A stretch of 64,000 nucleotides of DNA from Octopus bimaculoides. Taxonomy: Eukaryota. The notes beneath the pieces are model-generated. The model searched no databases, was not told where the DNA came from, and worked only from the letters and a program-made list of their open reading frames with translations. The DNA lies in the NCBI RefSeq assembly GCF_001194135.2, contig NC_068982.1, positions 38,004,513 to 38,068,512 of the forward strand. Reading direction: 5' to 3'. The stretch's first letter is position 1. Each line of letters begins with the position of its first letter. Shown piece by piece: positions 1 to 11,372 of the stretch. The translations under genes and the position numbers were made by a program.

Positions 1-775
1 GCCGACACTGCCAGATATTTTGAGCATCTCTACAGTGATTCTTGATGGGCCGGGGCTTTTCCGGTCTTCATACTCTTAATTGCTTTATCTACCATGGTAC
101 TGTCAACTCGGATAGCTGGTCCCTCTGTTGGGTCGACATACGGCAGACTCTCTTTCTCCCATTCATTCTCTTTATTGAGCAATCTATCGTAGTGGCATCT
201 CCAGACCTCTTTCTTTGCAGCCTCATTTAATGCAAGCGTAACATCATCCATGCGAACACATTTCTCTCCTACGACATCACTATTCTCTCTCTTACAACAC
301 GAAATACCTCAAGTCTTTGGTCCTCACGGCGCTGAACATTGGCAAATTTTTTCTTATCTGCTTCCCCTCTGGCTAAATAAACCTGTCGCCTAGCTTCCCT
401 TCTGGCAGCCTGATACAATCCCCTGCTACCACCGTTCTTCCAATCCCGTTTCTTTTGTCTAATAGCCCTGTCTACCTCCTTGTTCCACCACCACCACGTT
501 ACTTTGTGTTGAGAGGGGACTTTACACCAGCCACAGATCTGGTCGGTGGCTCTCAGCAGGTTGTCCCGCAGAAATCTCCAATTGTCTTCCACGTTGTATG
601 ATGCTATATCCCCTTCTATTTCATCAAATGCTTCGAGTAACATGTCTCTAAATCTGTCCATTTGCAGGGTCTTTAAGCTTCCACACCCTTCTCCTCCAAG
701 CCGGTCTACTTCTGGGCACCCATTTTGCCTTGATCCCAAAGTCGCTAACTACTAATCTGTGTTGAGGGGCACATC
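1..775 (-). mobile_element. RTE-like LINE ORF2 fragment (end of the APE domain through the linker before RT), frameshifted
   Basis: PQHRLVVSDF (end of APE), VTWWW-NKEVDRAIRQKK, AIKSMKTGKAP (pre-RT motif) in ORFs 269..739 and 30..251. Confidence 0.9.
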
Positions 776-1249
776 CACACAGACATTGTTAATTTTCTGC
801 GAATTCAGTACTCTTGAATTAATTTCTCTGCTAATCGTTTATGTTTTCTATTAATTCATTTGGAAAGGGACAAGTATTTCTGTAGCATTTTCACTGTTTT
901 CCACTGGAGGTTAACTGTGTCGATGTTACTTTTGTTGTTGCTCATTATGCTAATCAGTGGTCTGTCCAATTACTTGTAATTTGTGGTTCTCAGTACATTC
1001 CATATACTTAGCATTTCAAGGATCAATGTTGAAGATTGTAATTTTTTTACTATAAAGATACCCTTCCCATCACCATCTTTAACCGATTTGACAAGTAAGG
1101 TACTTTATTTTGTTTGACTTCATACACTGAAGCCAACAAACCACTAAGCTACAGTACATGTGGAAAGAAACAGTCATGTATGTGCATATAAACACATATG
1201 TAACTATTCATCTATCCTCTCGTATTAAAAAGAAATCTCAACAAAACTA

Positions 1250-1464
1250 AATATTCTTTTCTACTCAAGGCACAAGGCCTGAAATTTTGGGGGAGGGGCC
1301 AGTTGATTAGATTGACTCCAGTACGCAACTGGTACTTACTTTATTGACCCCGAAAGAATGAAAGGCAAAGTCAACTTTGGCGGAGTTTGAACTCAGAATA
1401 TAAAGACAGACGAAATACCGCTAAGCATTTCACCTGGCATGCTAACATTTCTGCCAGCTCACCG
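1250..1464 (-). mobile_element. tRNA-derived SINE, same family as 20806-21037
   Basis: Reverse complement of the GAGCTGGCAGAA..GAGTTCAAA..CTTTGCCTTTCATTCTTTCGGGG motifs. Further decayed copies at about 4949-5158 (+), 24258-24455 (-), 43920-44040 (+), 50465-50615 (-), 56812-57020 (-), 62000-62120 (+). Confidence 0.85.
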
Positions 1465-3670
1465 AAAATTACATATTCGTCACCAAAATAACAAAAAGAT
1501 AGGAAATAATAACAAATTCAAGTTTATGTTTAATTGTAGCTTTTATGTAGAGAATATACAGGTAAAGGTCTTCAGAGATATTTAAGTTAGCTAGAAATAG
1601 AAAAGAAAGAAAAACATTAAAATATAAGAAATTTAAGAGGATATTACGATCATTTCATGAAAATGGAATAGAGTTCTCTTTCTAAGCCAAGAGACAATTT
1701 TCAAGTACATTAAGTTTAATAAAGACTAAACATTTTGTAAATGGCACATGTCATAATTCATACACAGTATTTATTTTTGCTCTATCTTCTTCCTCATTGT
1801 TTATGATTTCCAATAGCAGTAGTTACAGTTTATACATTCCAAATGCATCCAATTGTACTATATTTGATAATCAACATTCTCCTGGACATTGTTCACCATT
1901 TTTGAATCTTGAATACCAAACTGTTAACAGAAAGTTCATCTATCTGCAGTAATCTAATATCAAAAAAAAAAAAAATCTCTTTCAGATTAAATATTAATTT
2001 AATAGGGATACCTTGATCATTTACTTCATCTCTATGTCCCACTAACTGTTAAATGAATTTTATCAAAAGATTTGAATACCTCATATCTAACAAGTATGAA
2101 TATTCTAAATGGATTTAATACTAACAACAGTAGATACATTTAGGATTAAGTGATCAATGAGATGTGATAATTAGAAATAGTAGTTTTTTGAAATAAATTC
2201 TAGTAGATGTGTTACAGCATGGCAGAGAAAAGCAATTGTAAACTGGAAGAAGTTATAAGCACCAAGATTTTTTTAAGATAACTAAATTTATTAAACCTAT
2301 TAATGCCAGCTTCTCATAGACCTTAAGTACACAACAACTGCAGAAACTTTTACTACTAACACTCTCACAGAAACCTCTCAACAGTTCAGCAAGACTTTGA
2401 ATAAAGTTAACAACCCCTTCTTTGAATAAAATAATGCTAAAGTGTAAAAATTTTTCCAGAAAACTTATTAGTAAATAACACCTGCAAACCAGTCATTACA
2501 CATACTAACACTTATATATATTCATGTTATAAAATGTAAAGGCTCCTTAGTCAGTAGGTAGTTTCAGTCTGCACTTGAGACAATCAGTAAATAAGTTCCC
2601 ATTAGTCAGATTATCAGCTAGCAATAAAGTCCCAATTCGGTAGATTATCATTTAAGCTGTCAGCCAGCCAACTAGTCAACACTCTGAGTTCAACCCAATA
2701 ACTACCACTTGTCCATAGTTAATCAAGTTTCTCAGATTCCACAATTGAACTAAGTCAGTCTAAAAATGCAGATACTCTTTCAGAGAGCCAATGGGGTGAG
2801 GCAGCTTCTACATGGTTGCTTGGAATAACCAAATTTCCCTAAATTTACATCCTAAAGAAGGGTACGAAAAAGAAGAATACATTGAACAATATAGTTTTAG
2901 ACACACAAACTGATAAGGTGTCATAGCTAAAACACTTTTGATAATGACCTGCATCATCAAGGCTGACTTGGAGGCTATAAAGCAGTCATGACTTCTCATA
3001 TAAACCCACTTTCAGTTCGAATATTCATGATTCTAGTGAATAATATTTATTTTCCAGTTACCCCAATCCTCTTAATAATTTCTTTTGCTAAAAACTCAGA
3101 ACTAAAAATGTTGACTTTTTTAGGAGCTGTTGATAAGCTTGTTGTGTTATGTTCCCAACAATAATTTAAGAACTTCTTCTAAAATAGCCATTGAGAGATT
3201 TTGGCACAAAACTGATATATTTAGTACATAAAGTTAATTTTGATTTTGCAGATAAGACGTTTACAAATAATGATGAACATCAAGTTACACACTATCTGAG
3301 AATAAACTGTAATTACTATAAGAAAATACTTACATACATGATTTGCACATTGATCTTATGAGAACAATAAACAAATGAGGAATGAAAGGAATTATACTTT
3401 GTATATCTGAGAGTGAGGTAATAAAAATTAAAAAAAGAATTCCATTTCCAATTCATGGATAACTTGTTAGCAGTCACAGGAACATAAAGTTGCAGAAACA
3501 ACTATTCCAGTCCATCATTAACAAACATGAAGACATAAAACATTGAATAAAAAAAATTTTAATGGTCTAAAATTTTCAGGACCCAAAAACTACAATCCAT
3601 AAAAGATGCTGAATTTCTACATTATAATCCAGCAAGCACAAAGTGGAAGAAAATTATGAAACAAAAAAAG

Positions 3671-3706
<36 letters not shown>

Positions 3707-4125
3707 TGAATGTTAGGCTGTATTTTTTCCAGAATTTAAGTTGAATCTTTCAGACTAAAAAAATGAAAAGTGGGGAAGTCAATTTTATACACTAAGACAA
3801 CTCTGGAGGACGCACAAATTCCATGTGAAAAGCAGCAGGAGTTGGAAAGCTAGTGAAGATGTTTGAATGCTTCCATTATATGATTACTATATACCACATC
3901 AACTTGTATGCTGGAAAATATGGTAAGTGGAATCTATTTCAGAAGTAGCTATATAATTCATAGAGGATCAAATGTTAATTATTTTGTATCATTACTTTTG
4001 TAGCATTTGGAAAATGGATTTATTTTAACTTGACAAGTTTTGGCAACAGTAGAAAGTTCAGAGTGAATCAAGTCAACATAAAACACAATATACTTCACAA
4101 TTAAGCTGTTCAATATGGTTTATTG

Positions 4126-4415
4126 CAGGGGTTTTCAAACTTTTTGACTTGCGGACCCCTTTATATTTCAGGCTTTACCTTATATACATAAATATTTGCT
4201 TAAAATAACATATATTTTTACATTTATTTATTTAACAGTATTTAGCAAATAGGTTTATTGTCAATTATACACACAGGATTTTTTTAACACATACTTAGTG
4301 AGAAGGATGTGCTTGCTTGGCTCTGCACGGACCCCCTGTCTTGGCTTTCCACGGAGCCCCTGTCTTGTCCTTGCGGACCCCCTGTGGTCCGCGGACCACA
4401 GTTTGAAAAACCCTG
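4126..4415. mobile_element. hAT (Charlie/Buster-type) MITE, 290 bp
   Basis: TIRs CAGGGGTTTTCAAAC / GTTTGAAAAACCCTG (14/15). 8-bp TSD GTTTATTG / GTTTAGTG with central TA. Subterminal GCGGACCC repeats. Confidence 0.92.
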
Positions 4416-4528
4416 GTTTAGTGCTTCTTATATGCAGTTCCATTTCTGCAAACATTTGAGATGTAACAAAATAAAAAGGTTTTTAGTGAAGAGAGAATAC
4501 TTAACATACATACTTTAACAGGGACCGC

Positions 4529-4677
4529 TTAAACTGTCACTGCCACTTTCTTCTTTTTCTTCTTCTTGTTTTTAAACTTACTCTCAGGGGTGTATTTCTT
4601 TTTTTTTACAGATTTATGGCCATCATCATTTTTCGGGAATTCTTCAACTGTCAAAGATGTTGAGATAAAAAGATAAT
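4529..4677 (-). CDS. SURF2: SURF2 last coding exon (YLFISTSLTVEEFPKNDDGHKSVKKKKYTPESKFKNKKKKKKKVAVTV*)
   Basis: Acceptor ttgaaag|, phase 1, lysine-rich tail, TAA at 4531-4529. Gives DLYP-N/Y-YLF versus recalled human DLYPPELF. Confidence 0.8.
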
Positions 4678-5340
4678 CTTTCAAATGTGATAAAAACAAA
4701 AAAATCTGCATGACATGTGATTACTTACACAAATATTCCTTACTTGAAAAACAGGTAAGGGTTGGCAAGAGAAAGATTGCTTTGGCTATTTCATTCATGC
4801 TACTAATATTGTTGGAAAGGATATAAACATTGATTCAATATCTCCTCGATTATAGAGCTTTTAATCCAAAAGAAGCCAATATTAACTGAGATGAATCAGA
4901 CATAAGAACTGGTGGGCTTAAAGTATTTTAATAATATATATTATTATAAGGCAGTGAGCTAGCAGAACCATTACCATGCCAGGCAAAATGCTTAGTGGCA
5001 TTTTGTCCGCTTCTGAGTTCAAATTCCACCAAGGTCAACTTTGCTTTTCATCCTTTTGGGGTTAATAAAATAAGTACCTGTGCAGACTTGAGTCAATTTA
5101 ACCAACTTAGCCTCTCCCTGGACCTTGTTCACATTGTGTTAAAATTTTGACACAATGTTTGTGTGTATGTGCATGTACACGTTTGTGTGAGTGTGTACGT
5201 ATGTAGACATTATGAACACAGGAGGTTTTATGTCTATGTATTGTGAGAATATGCTTGCATGGATTTTTTACCTTTTTTTTCTACCTATTAGAGTAACTTC
5301 CCTTTTGTTCAACGGATTTTCATAGCATCTATTGCCATTA

Positions 5341-5399
5341 ATAGCTGATGAGAATGCATCGTAGCTCTTCGCTCTGACATTCGAAACTGCGAGTTCTAT
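5341..5399 (+). ncRNA. Minimal type-I hammerhead ribozyme motif, canonical core
   Basis: ATAG|CTGATGA|GAATG..21nt..CATTC|GAAA|C TGCGA G|TT|CTAT. Helices I, II and III all pair. Confidence 0.8.
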
Positions 5400-6731
5400 A
5401 ATGACAACTTACTGTTTGTTCTAAATTATACATATATATATATATATATATATAAATAAAAAATTCAATTTATTTGTATATGAAAATTAACATTCTTTTT
5501 ATTAAATATATTTGGATGGAACCTGTCTCTAATTTTCATATGTACACTGTATATTTTTTTTACACGGTTTTATTTTGCATGGTAGTCTCTGGAATGTGTC
5601 CCCCATGCAAAAAGAGAACTGAGTGTATATATAATTAACAGGCTTCTTTCAGTTTCGTTTTATGGAATCCACTCACAAAGCTTTGGTCAACCTGGGGCTT
5701 TAGTAGATGAGGCTTATCCATGGAGTCGTGGTGTCATGCAGTAAGATTGAACCTGAAATCACATGGTTGGAAAGTAGACAAATGTAACCAATGTGTTTCA
5801 CCCTTTTCAGAATGGCAGGGTGTGATTTGAAGCTTCTACTGCTATGGCCACCTGATGATTAGATGATGATTTTGCACTTCTTCATTTTCAGTTTCATCAC
5901 ATCCCTGATGAGTACACAGATGACCAGTATGAAGGAGACAGATTTGAAAACAAGATGATGAACTTCATTGTTTGTGTTCAGTAATTGAATACTGCCCTTT
6001 GTTCAGCTTCAAACTGTCGCACTACTATTGTTGGTGCCCCTTCATAACACCTTCCAATGTGCATGCATTTCAAAGTCATTAGCAAGAATTTGCACATGCA
6101 ACTGACCTTCCCAATGAGTCTTAGGATCATCACGTTGAAAAGAGCCCTCTTTTGGCAGATGGGTGAGTTTCTTATGTAGTGAATATGTTTCATGGTTGTT
6201 GCTTTGTCACTGATGCACTTCATACACTTGAGAATTGTTTTACTAAGGGATTGTGTTCTTCAGAGTGATTCCAAAGATACATTGAAGACAGCAAACATGG
6301 AAAGCTTCCAATGTTCTTGTTTGCTTTTAGTATAGCAATTATATTTTTACATCGTTGTAACAAAGCTAAAATAACATGCTAATTATATAAAGGCTCATTT
6401 GTAGTTTAGTCTACTAAGGAAAAAAGAGAGAATGAAAAGTTGCTTTTATAAAAGAAAGTTAAGAATTGAACTGAAATACACCTTGTGGGAGCCACTATGC
6501 TGTAGATCGACCTGCTAGAAATAACAGCCCAAATTTCCATCCAATTATTTGCTGCTGTTGTATTTAAGGAAAGGGATACATTGGATACAGTAGTTCTTCA
6601 TACACCTTAAAGGATGAAATTGGCATGGTTGGAATATCTTAAATCAGAGGTTGACTTGATCAAAATTGAACAGAGATTAAACAACAAATGTTATTTAATA
6701 AAGTCAAAAGTCTGTTTTAGTAATAACTTAC

Positions 6732-6899
6732 TTGGATAAAGATCACTTAAGCTGTCGTTATCACTTTGTTCTTCCTCATCTTCTTCATATTTTGATTTCT
6801 TCTTTCTTTTCTTCCCAATGTCTTTACAATTTTCTGAACAATTAGCTTTCTGTTTCTTTGAAACTACATATTCCTTGCTCTCTTTCTGGAATTCTTCCT
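6732..6899 (-). CDS. SURF2: SURF2 exon 4, copy C (EEFQKESKEYVVSKKQKANCSENCKDIGKKRKKKSKYEEDEEEQSDNDSLSDLYP)
   Basis: 168 nt, phase 1-1, taacag| ... |gtaagt. Open frame; paralogous to copies A and B. Confidence 0.7.
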
Positions 6900-7631
6900 C
6901 TGTTAAAGATATGATAAAATCAAAACTTAAAAATTTTTTTTTTTAATTCATGTAAATTTAAATAAAATTCCTAAGCATTATAAGTTAATGGAATATATAG
7001 TATTAAGCCAGCAGCACATTTGTGTAACGTAGCAGCTAAAATAAATGGACATTTAGTTTTTTTATTTGAAACATAAAACATTTCTATTATGTAAAGAAAA
7101 AAAATACTATGTCTCCTAAATATAGATAATTGAAACAAATGAAATGTTTTTTTGTGTTACTTGATTCATATAAACAAGAAACATAAAAGTAATTTACAGA
7201 GAAAAGTTAAGTATTATGTTGGCTTGTTTTACACCTGTTATTTTCTGTGAAGACATGGACTCGCTGATCATATATATTTGAGGAAGAATTTTATAGCTAG
7301 GTCCCTTTCTGTTGCCAAATAAGTGAATATATTATTCCACTGGTATTTGAGAGCGCACAGTTACAAGATATATTGCATACATGGACATCATCATTTTGCT
7401 CAGACACACCATGCAAAAATGCAAAATGTCAACATTCAAGCACACACACACATACATGTGTGTGTGTGTGAGATGTACGTGGATGCTAACAGAATCAAAG
7501 AAGTGACAGGAGATTGAAGTAGAAAGAAATTGTAGAAAGGAGAGAAGAGGATTTATGGACAAATGTCTTAAAAGTCAATCTCAGGATGTTATTTAATACA
7601 TTCTGTTTTAGTGAGAAACACCCTAACTTAC

Positions 7632-7781
7632 TTGGATAAAGATCACTTAAACTGTCATTATCACTTTCATCTTCCTCATCTTCTTCATATTTTCGTTTCT
7701 TCTTCCTTTTCTTTCCAATATCTTCAAAATTTTCTGAGCAGTTAGGTTTCTGTTTCTTGCCCTCTTTCTGAAATTCTTCCC
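7632..7781 (-). CDS. SURF2: SURF2 exon 4, copy B (EEFQKEGKKQKPNCSENF...ESDNDSLSDLYP)
   Basis: 150 nt, phase 1-1, taacag| ... |gtaagt. Open frame; paralogous to copy A with an in-frame deletion. Confidence 0.75.
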
Positions 7782-8885
7782 CTGTTAAAGAATGAAATAA
7801 AATCAAAACATCATTAGTTAATGGAATATATATCATCAAGCTAGCAGCACAGATGTGTAATGGCATAATGTAGCAAGCAAAATAAATGGACATTTAGTTT
7901 TCTTGTTTGAAACATAAAACACATCTATTATATAAAGAAAACGAAAAAAAAACAAACAAACTAACTCTCACACATAATAGAAACAAATGAAATGTTTTGT
8001 CCTTACACTTGTTTTTGCACTATTTCAGTTACATAAATAAGAAATATCATGAAAGTAATTTATGCTGATGTGTTGGTTATTTTGTTTATCTCGTTATAGA
8101 TCTGCCTTCTTTCCATGAATTCATGGAACTCGAAAATATATTTGAGGCAGTATTTTAAAGCTAGATGCTCTTCCTGTAGCAAACTCTTAACATTTTGTCA
8201 ATTAAGGGAATATATTATTTCACTGGTCTTTGAAAGTGCAGAGAAACAGGAAGTAATGCTTGCATGGACATCACCATTTTGTTGAGATACATGATGCAGA
8301 AGTGACAGGAGATTGAAGTAGAGAGAAACTGTGGAAGGAAAGATGAGAGCTATGGGCAAAAGTAGTAAAAGCTGATCTCAGGATGTTGACAAAAGAATGC
8401 AGTAGTTGTTAGAAAGGAGCCATCTAACCAATGCAAGCATTGGTTGGATGTAAGAGCAGACATAAAATAGATGATGTGTACATTCAGTTTCCATCTACCA
8501 CTTTCATGCACAAGACACTGACTGGTTCAAGCCTATCATAGAAAACATTTGGTACCATGCAATGTAGAAGAACGCTAAAACGTAATTATGACGCTAGCTC
8601 CAGACACTGTGATGGCAACAGAAACACACCTTCAGGGAGCCACTGTGTTGTGGATTGATCTGCTGAAAACAACAGCCAAAATTTCCCTCAAATTACATGC
8701 TACTATCTTATTTATGGAAAGAGTACATTAGATAAAGAAGTCCTACATTCTCCTAAAAGCATGAAATTTGTTGGCATGTTTTAGATCATATGTCTACTTG
8801 ATCAGATTTGAACTAAAATTAAACAAGAACAAATCTAATTTAATAAAACCAAAACTCTGTTTTAGTTAGTAACACCATAACTTAC

Positions 8886-9050
8886 ATGGATAAAGATCAC
8901 TTAAGCTGTCATTATCACTTTCATCTTCCTCATCTTCTTCATATTTTGATTTCTTCTTCCTTTTCTTTTCAATGCCTTCAAAATTTTCTGAAGAATTAGG
9001 TTGTTTCTTTGGAACTATATATTCCTTGCCTTCTTTCTGTAATTCTTCCC
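8886..9050 (-). CDS. SURF2: SURF2 exon 4, copy A (W-EELQKEGKEYIVPKKQ...EEDEEDESDNDSLSDLYP)
   Basis: 165 nt, phase 1-1, ttacag| ... |gtaagt. EELQKEGKEY and DSLSDLYP resemble recalled human EECQKQGVEY and DSMTDLYP. Confidence 0.88.
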
Positions 9051-9978
9051 CTGTAACAGATGTAAAAAAAATCAAAACACACATTTTAAAATTCTTTATG
9101 CAGACTTAAATAAAATTCTTAAACATTATTATTTAAAGGAACATTATAGTACCAGTCAGTATTAAACTAGTAACATATTTGTAACAACCAAAATAAATAG
9201 ACATTTAGTTTCTTTTATTTGAAATATAAAACACTTCTATTATATAAAGAAAAAAAACCAACTTTCCTAAATACAGATAACTGAAACAAATGAAATGTTT
9301 TATCTTTCCATTTGTTTTTGCACTATTTGAGTTACATAAATAAGAAACACCATGAAAGTAATTTATACTGAAGAGTTGGTATTTTGTTTCTCTCGTTTTA
9401 CATCTGCTTTTTTTCTAATGTGAAATGTATGTGTGCGTGTGTTTGTATGTGCTCGTCTTGACATCATGTGATAATTATAAAACATGCATCATCGTTATAC
9501 AGCAAGTTGCTTTCAGTCTTCTGTGAAAAATGTTTGGCCTAGAGGAAATAGGTGAGGGTTGGCGACAGGAAGGGCATCTGGTTGTAGAAAAATTTCCTCT
9601 CAATAAGTTCCGTCTAATCCTCAAGAGTGACCTCCCTTGTGGGACGTCAGGAAACAAACTTTGCTTTAAAATTTTTGTGTTCATCTGTGAATAAGTTAAA
9701 GATAAAATAGGTCCCGAGTTAAAACTTGTAGCACGCATTTATATTCTAGCAGATTAGTTCTAAACAGAACAGACTTCAAAGGTAGTAGATTTCCGACAAA
9801 GGTGTCTATGGAGCCAATCCTGAATCGATTTGCACATGTTAATGCTACAAACTATTTGCATTTCACATAGCAAAAGGGAAAGAGAATGAAAGAATCATCA
9901 GAGACTCCAGTAGTAAAGAATTCATAATGCTAACAATTTATATGATACATTTTCTGATTTCTGTAAAGGAAAACTTAC

Positions 9979-10082
9979 ATTTCTTAAAAGCTTTTTGGAA
10001 TTTGCGCCCATTAATATGTTTTTGTATGGAAGACTGTAAATTGTTGATATATTTATATGTCAATAGACACAGCAGTTGATTT
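9979..10082 (-). CDS. SURF2: SURF2 coding exon 3 (NQLLCLLTYKYINNLQSSIQKHINGRKFQKAFKK)
   Basis: Acceptor tatttcag| and donor T|gtaagt. Matches SURF2 hQLfCkLTlrhINk...rHtqGrryQrA. Phase fits exon 2 (AA+A=K). Confidence 0.93.
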
Positions 10083-10551
10083 CTGAAATACAAAAGGTAC
10101 ATGTCAATAGCATACACGTTTGTGTGTGTGTGCATGTGTGTAAAATTCTTGACTCAAAGATGGAGACCAGAAATGCTAAAAAGACTAATATGGATTAAAG
10201 ATAATCGCAGAGTTATTGACTTTGAAGAAAGAAAGTTTAGTTTTTGTGAAGCAGTTTAACCCTTTTGTTACTCTATTTATTTTGAATCATATTCCCTTCT
10301 TTCAATTAATCTGGAAAATAAGGAAGAATTTATTAAAAAATAATTTTGCAATTATCACGTTTGGGACATAAATCAACATGAAATTTTGATTGAAGATTTA
10401 AATTTAGATCATTTTAAAACAAGAACTTTGTATCATAAAGCCTTAAAGAGTTAAGCAATGTTATGCATGCAAAATAGCCATAAAGAATAATCAGTGATTG
10501 TGAAGACAAGTATTTGCAGTGATTTGAAATGAAGAAAATCAAACATCTTAC

Positions 10552-10709
10552 TTGGGAAATCTTTTTGTACTGTCAACAAGGTGTTGTCTGTATTTGTCAT
10601 AATCATAATCATTAAGAGCTTTGAGTCTTTTGTGTTTTTTCCCATGAAGGTAACTGTTCACAACTTTTGCATCACATGACATTTCATGGCCAGATAGACT
10701 ACATTTGAT
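10552..10709 (-). CDS. SURF2: SURF2 coding exon 2 (IKCSLSGHEMSCDAKVVNSYLHGKKHKRLKALNDYDYDKYRQHLVDSTKRFP)
   Basis: Polypyrimidine acceptor ctcctcactag| and donor |gtaaga. Matches the SURF2 motif vrCxLtGHElpC...YxxGKKyxrL...fdy. Confidence 0.93.
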
Positions 10710-10754
10710 CTAGTGAGGAGAAAAAAAAAATGATCTCAATATATGCAGACAAAT

Positions 10755-11372
10755 GGACACTAAACTTCGCTTGTGAAGACTTGTTGAGGCAAGTGAAATC
10801 GAACTAAATTCGACGACTGGCACCCGTGCCAACGTCGTCTCCTTCATTGGACACAAAACTCAGCTTGCGAAGACTTATTGGGGCAAGCGAAAGCGAAATT
10901 GGGATAGCACCTGTGCCCAGCATTGCCTTTCTGGCACTTGTGCCCGTGACATGTGTAAGGATTTTCGAGCGAGATCGTTGCCAGTGCCCCTGGACTGGCT
11001 CGTGCGGATGGCACATAAAATACACCATTTTGAGCGTGGCCGTTGCCAGTACTGCCTGACTGGCCTTCATAGGATTTTCGAGCGAGAGCGTTGCCAGTGC
11101 CCCTGGACTGGCTCTTGTGTGGGTGGCACATAAAATACACGATTTTGAACGTGGCCATTGCCAGTACCGTCTGACTGGCCTTCGTGTGGGTGACACGTAA
11201 AAGCACCCACTACACTCTCTGAGTGGTTGACGTTAGGAAGGGCATCCAGCTGTAGAAACTCTGCCAAATCAGATTGGAGCCTGGTGTTGCCATCCGGTTT
11301 CACCAGTCCTCAGTCAAATCGTCCAACCCATGCTAGCATGGAAAGCGGACATTAAACGATGATGATGATGAT
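10755..11372 (+). mobile_element. 5'-truncated RTE-like retroposon 3' end with internal minisatellite and (GAT)n tail
   Basis: Repeated units TTGCCAGT..GACTGGC and GGCACATAAAATACAC, then AGGAAGGGCATCCAGCTGTAGAAAC...CCAACCCATGCTAGCATGGAAAGCGGACATTAAAC(GAT)n. Highly similar to 57333-57733. Confidence 0.85.

Larger units (their letters stand above)
6480..9420 (-). repeat. Tandem triplication containing SURF2 exon 4 and flanking intron
   Basis: About 350 nt of intron on the acceptor side (6901-7240, 7782-8110, 9051-9410) is alignable across the three copies (e.g. aaataaatggacatttagttt, gaaacaaatgaaatgtttt). 7300-7560 resembles 8200-8390, and 6480-6720 resembles 8630-8860. Boundaries are approximate. 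Confidence 0.9.

Noticed and set aside
1740-3300. Stretches of protein-like translation on both strands (e.g. minus IILFKEGVVNFIQSLAELLR, SERVSAFLD*LSSIVESEKLD*LW; plus NLHPKEGYEKEEYIEQYSF)
   Set aside because: Frequent stops in every frame, no recognisable family and no consistent exon chain. It could be an old pseudogene or transposon; BLASTx is needed.
3753-3922. Plus-strand segment bounded by tttcag| and |gtaagt
   Set aside because: All three frames contain stops and no partner exons were found.
5850-6300. Possible mariner N-terminal remnant on the minus strand (KEGSFQRDDPK)
   Set aside because: The similarity is too short and degraded, with no TIRs.
10900-11200. Repeat-spacer-like periodicity that might suggest a CRISPR array
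   Set aside because: The units are degenerate tandem duplications without unique spacers, in a eukaryotic retroposon, with no cas genes.
10804-11303. Overlapping 60-130 aa ORFs here and at 57216-57665
   Set aside because: They arise from GC-rich tandem units of the retroposon UTR, not from genes.
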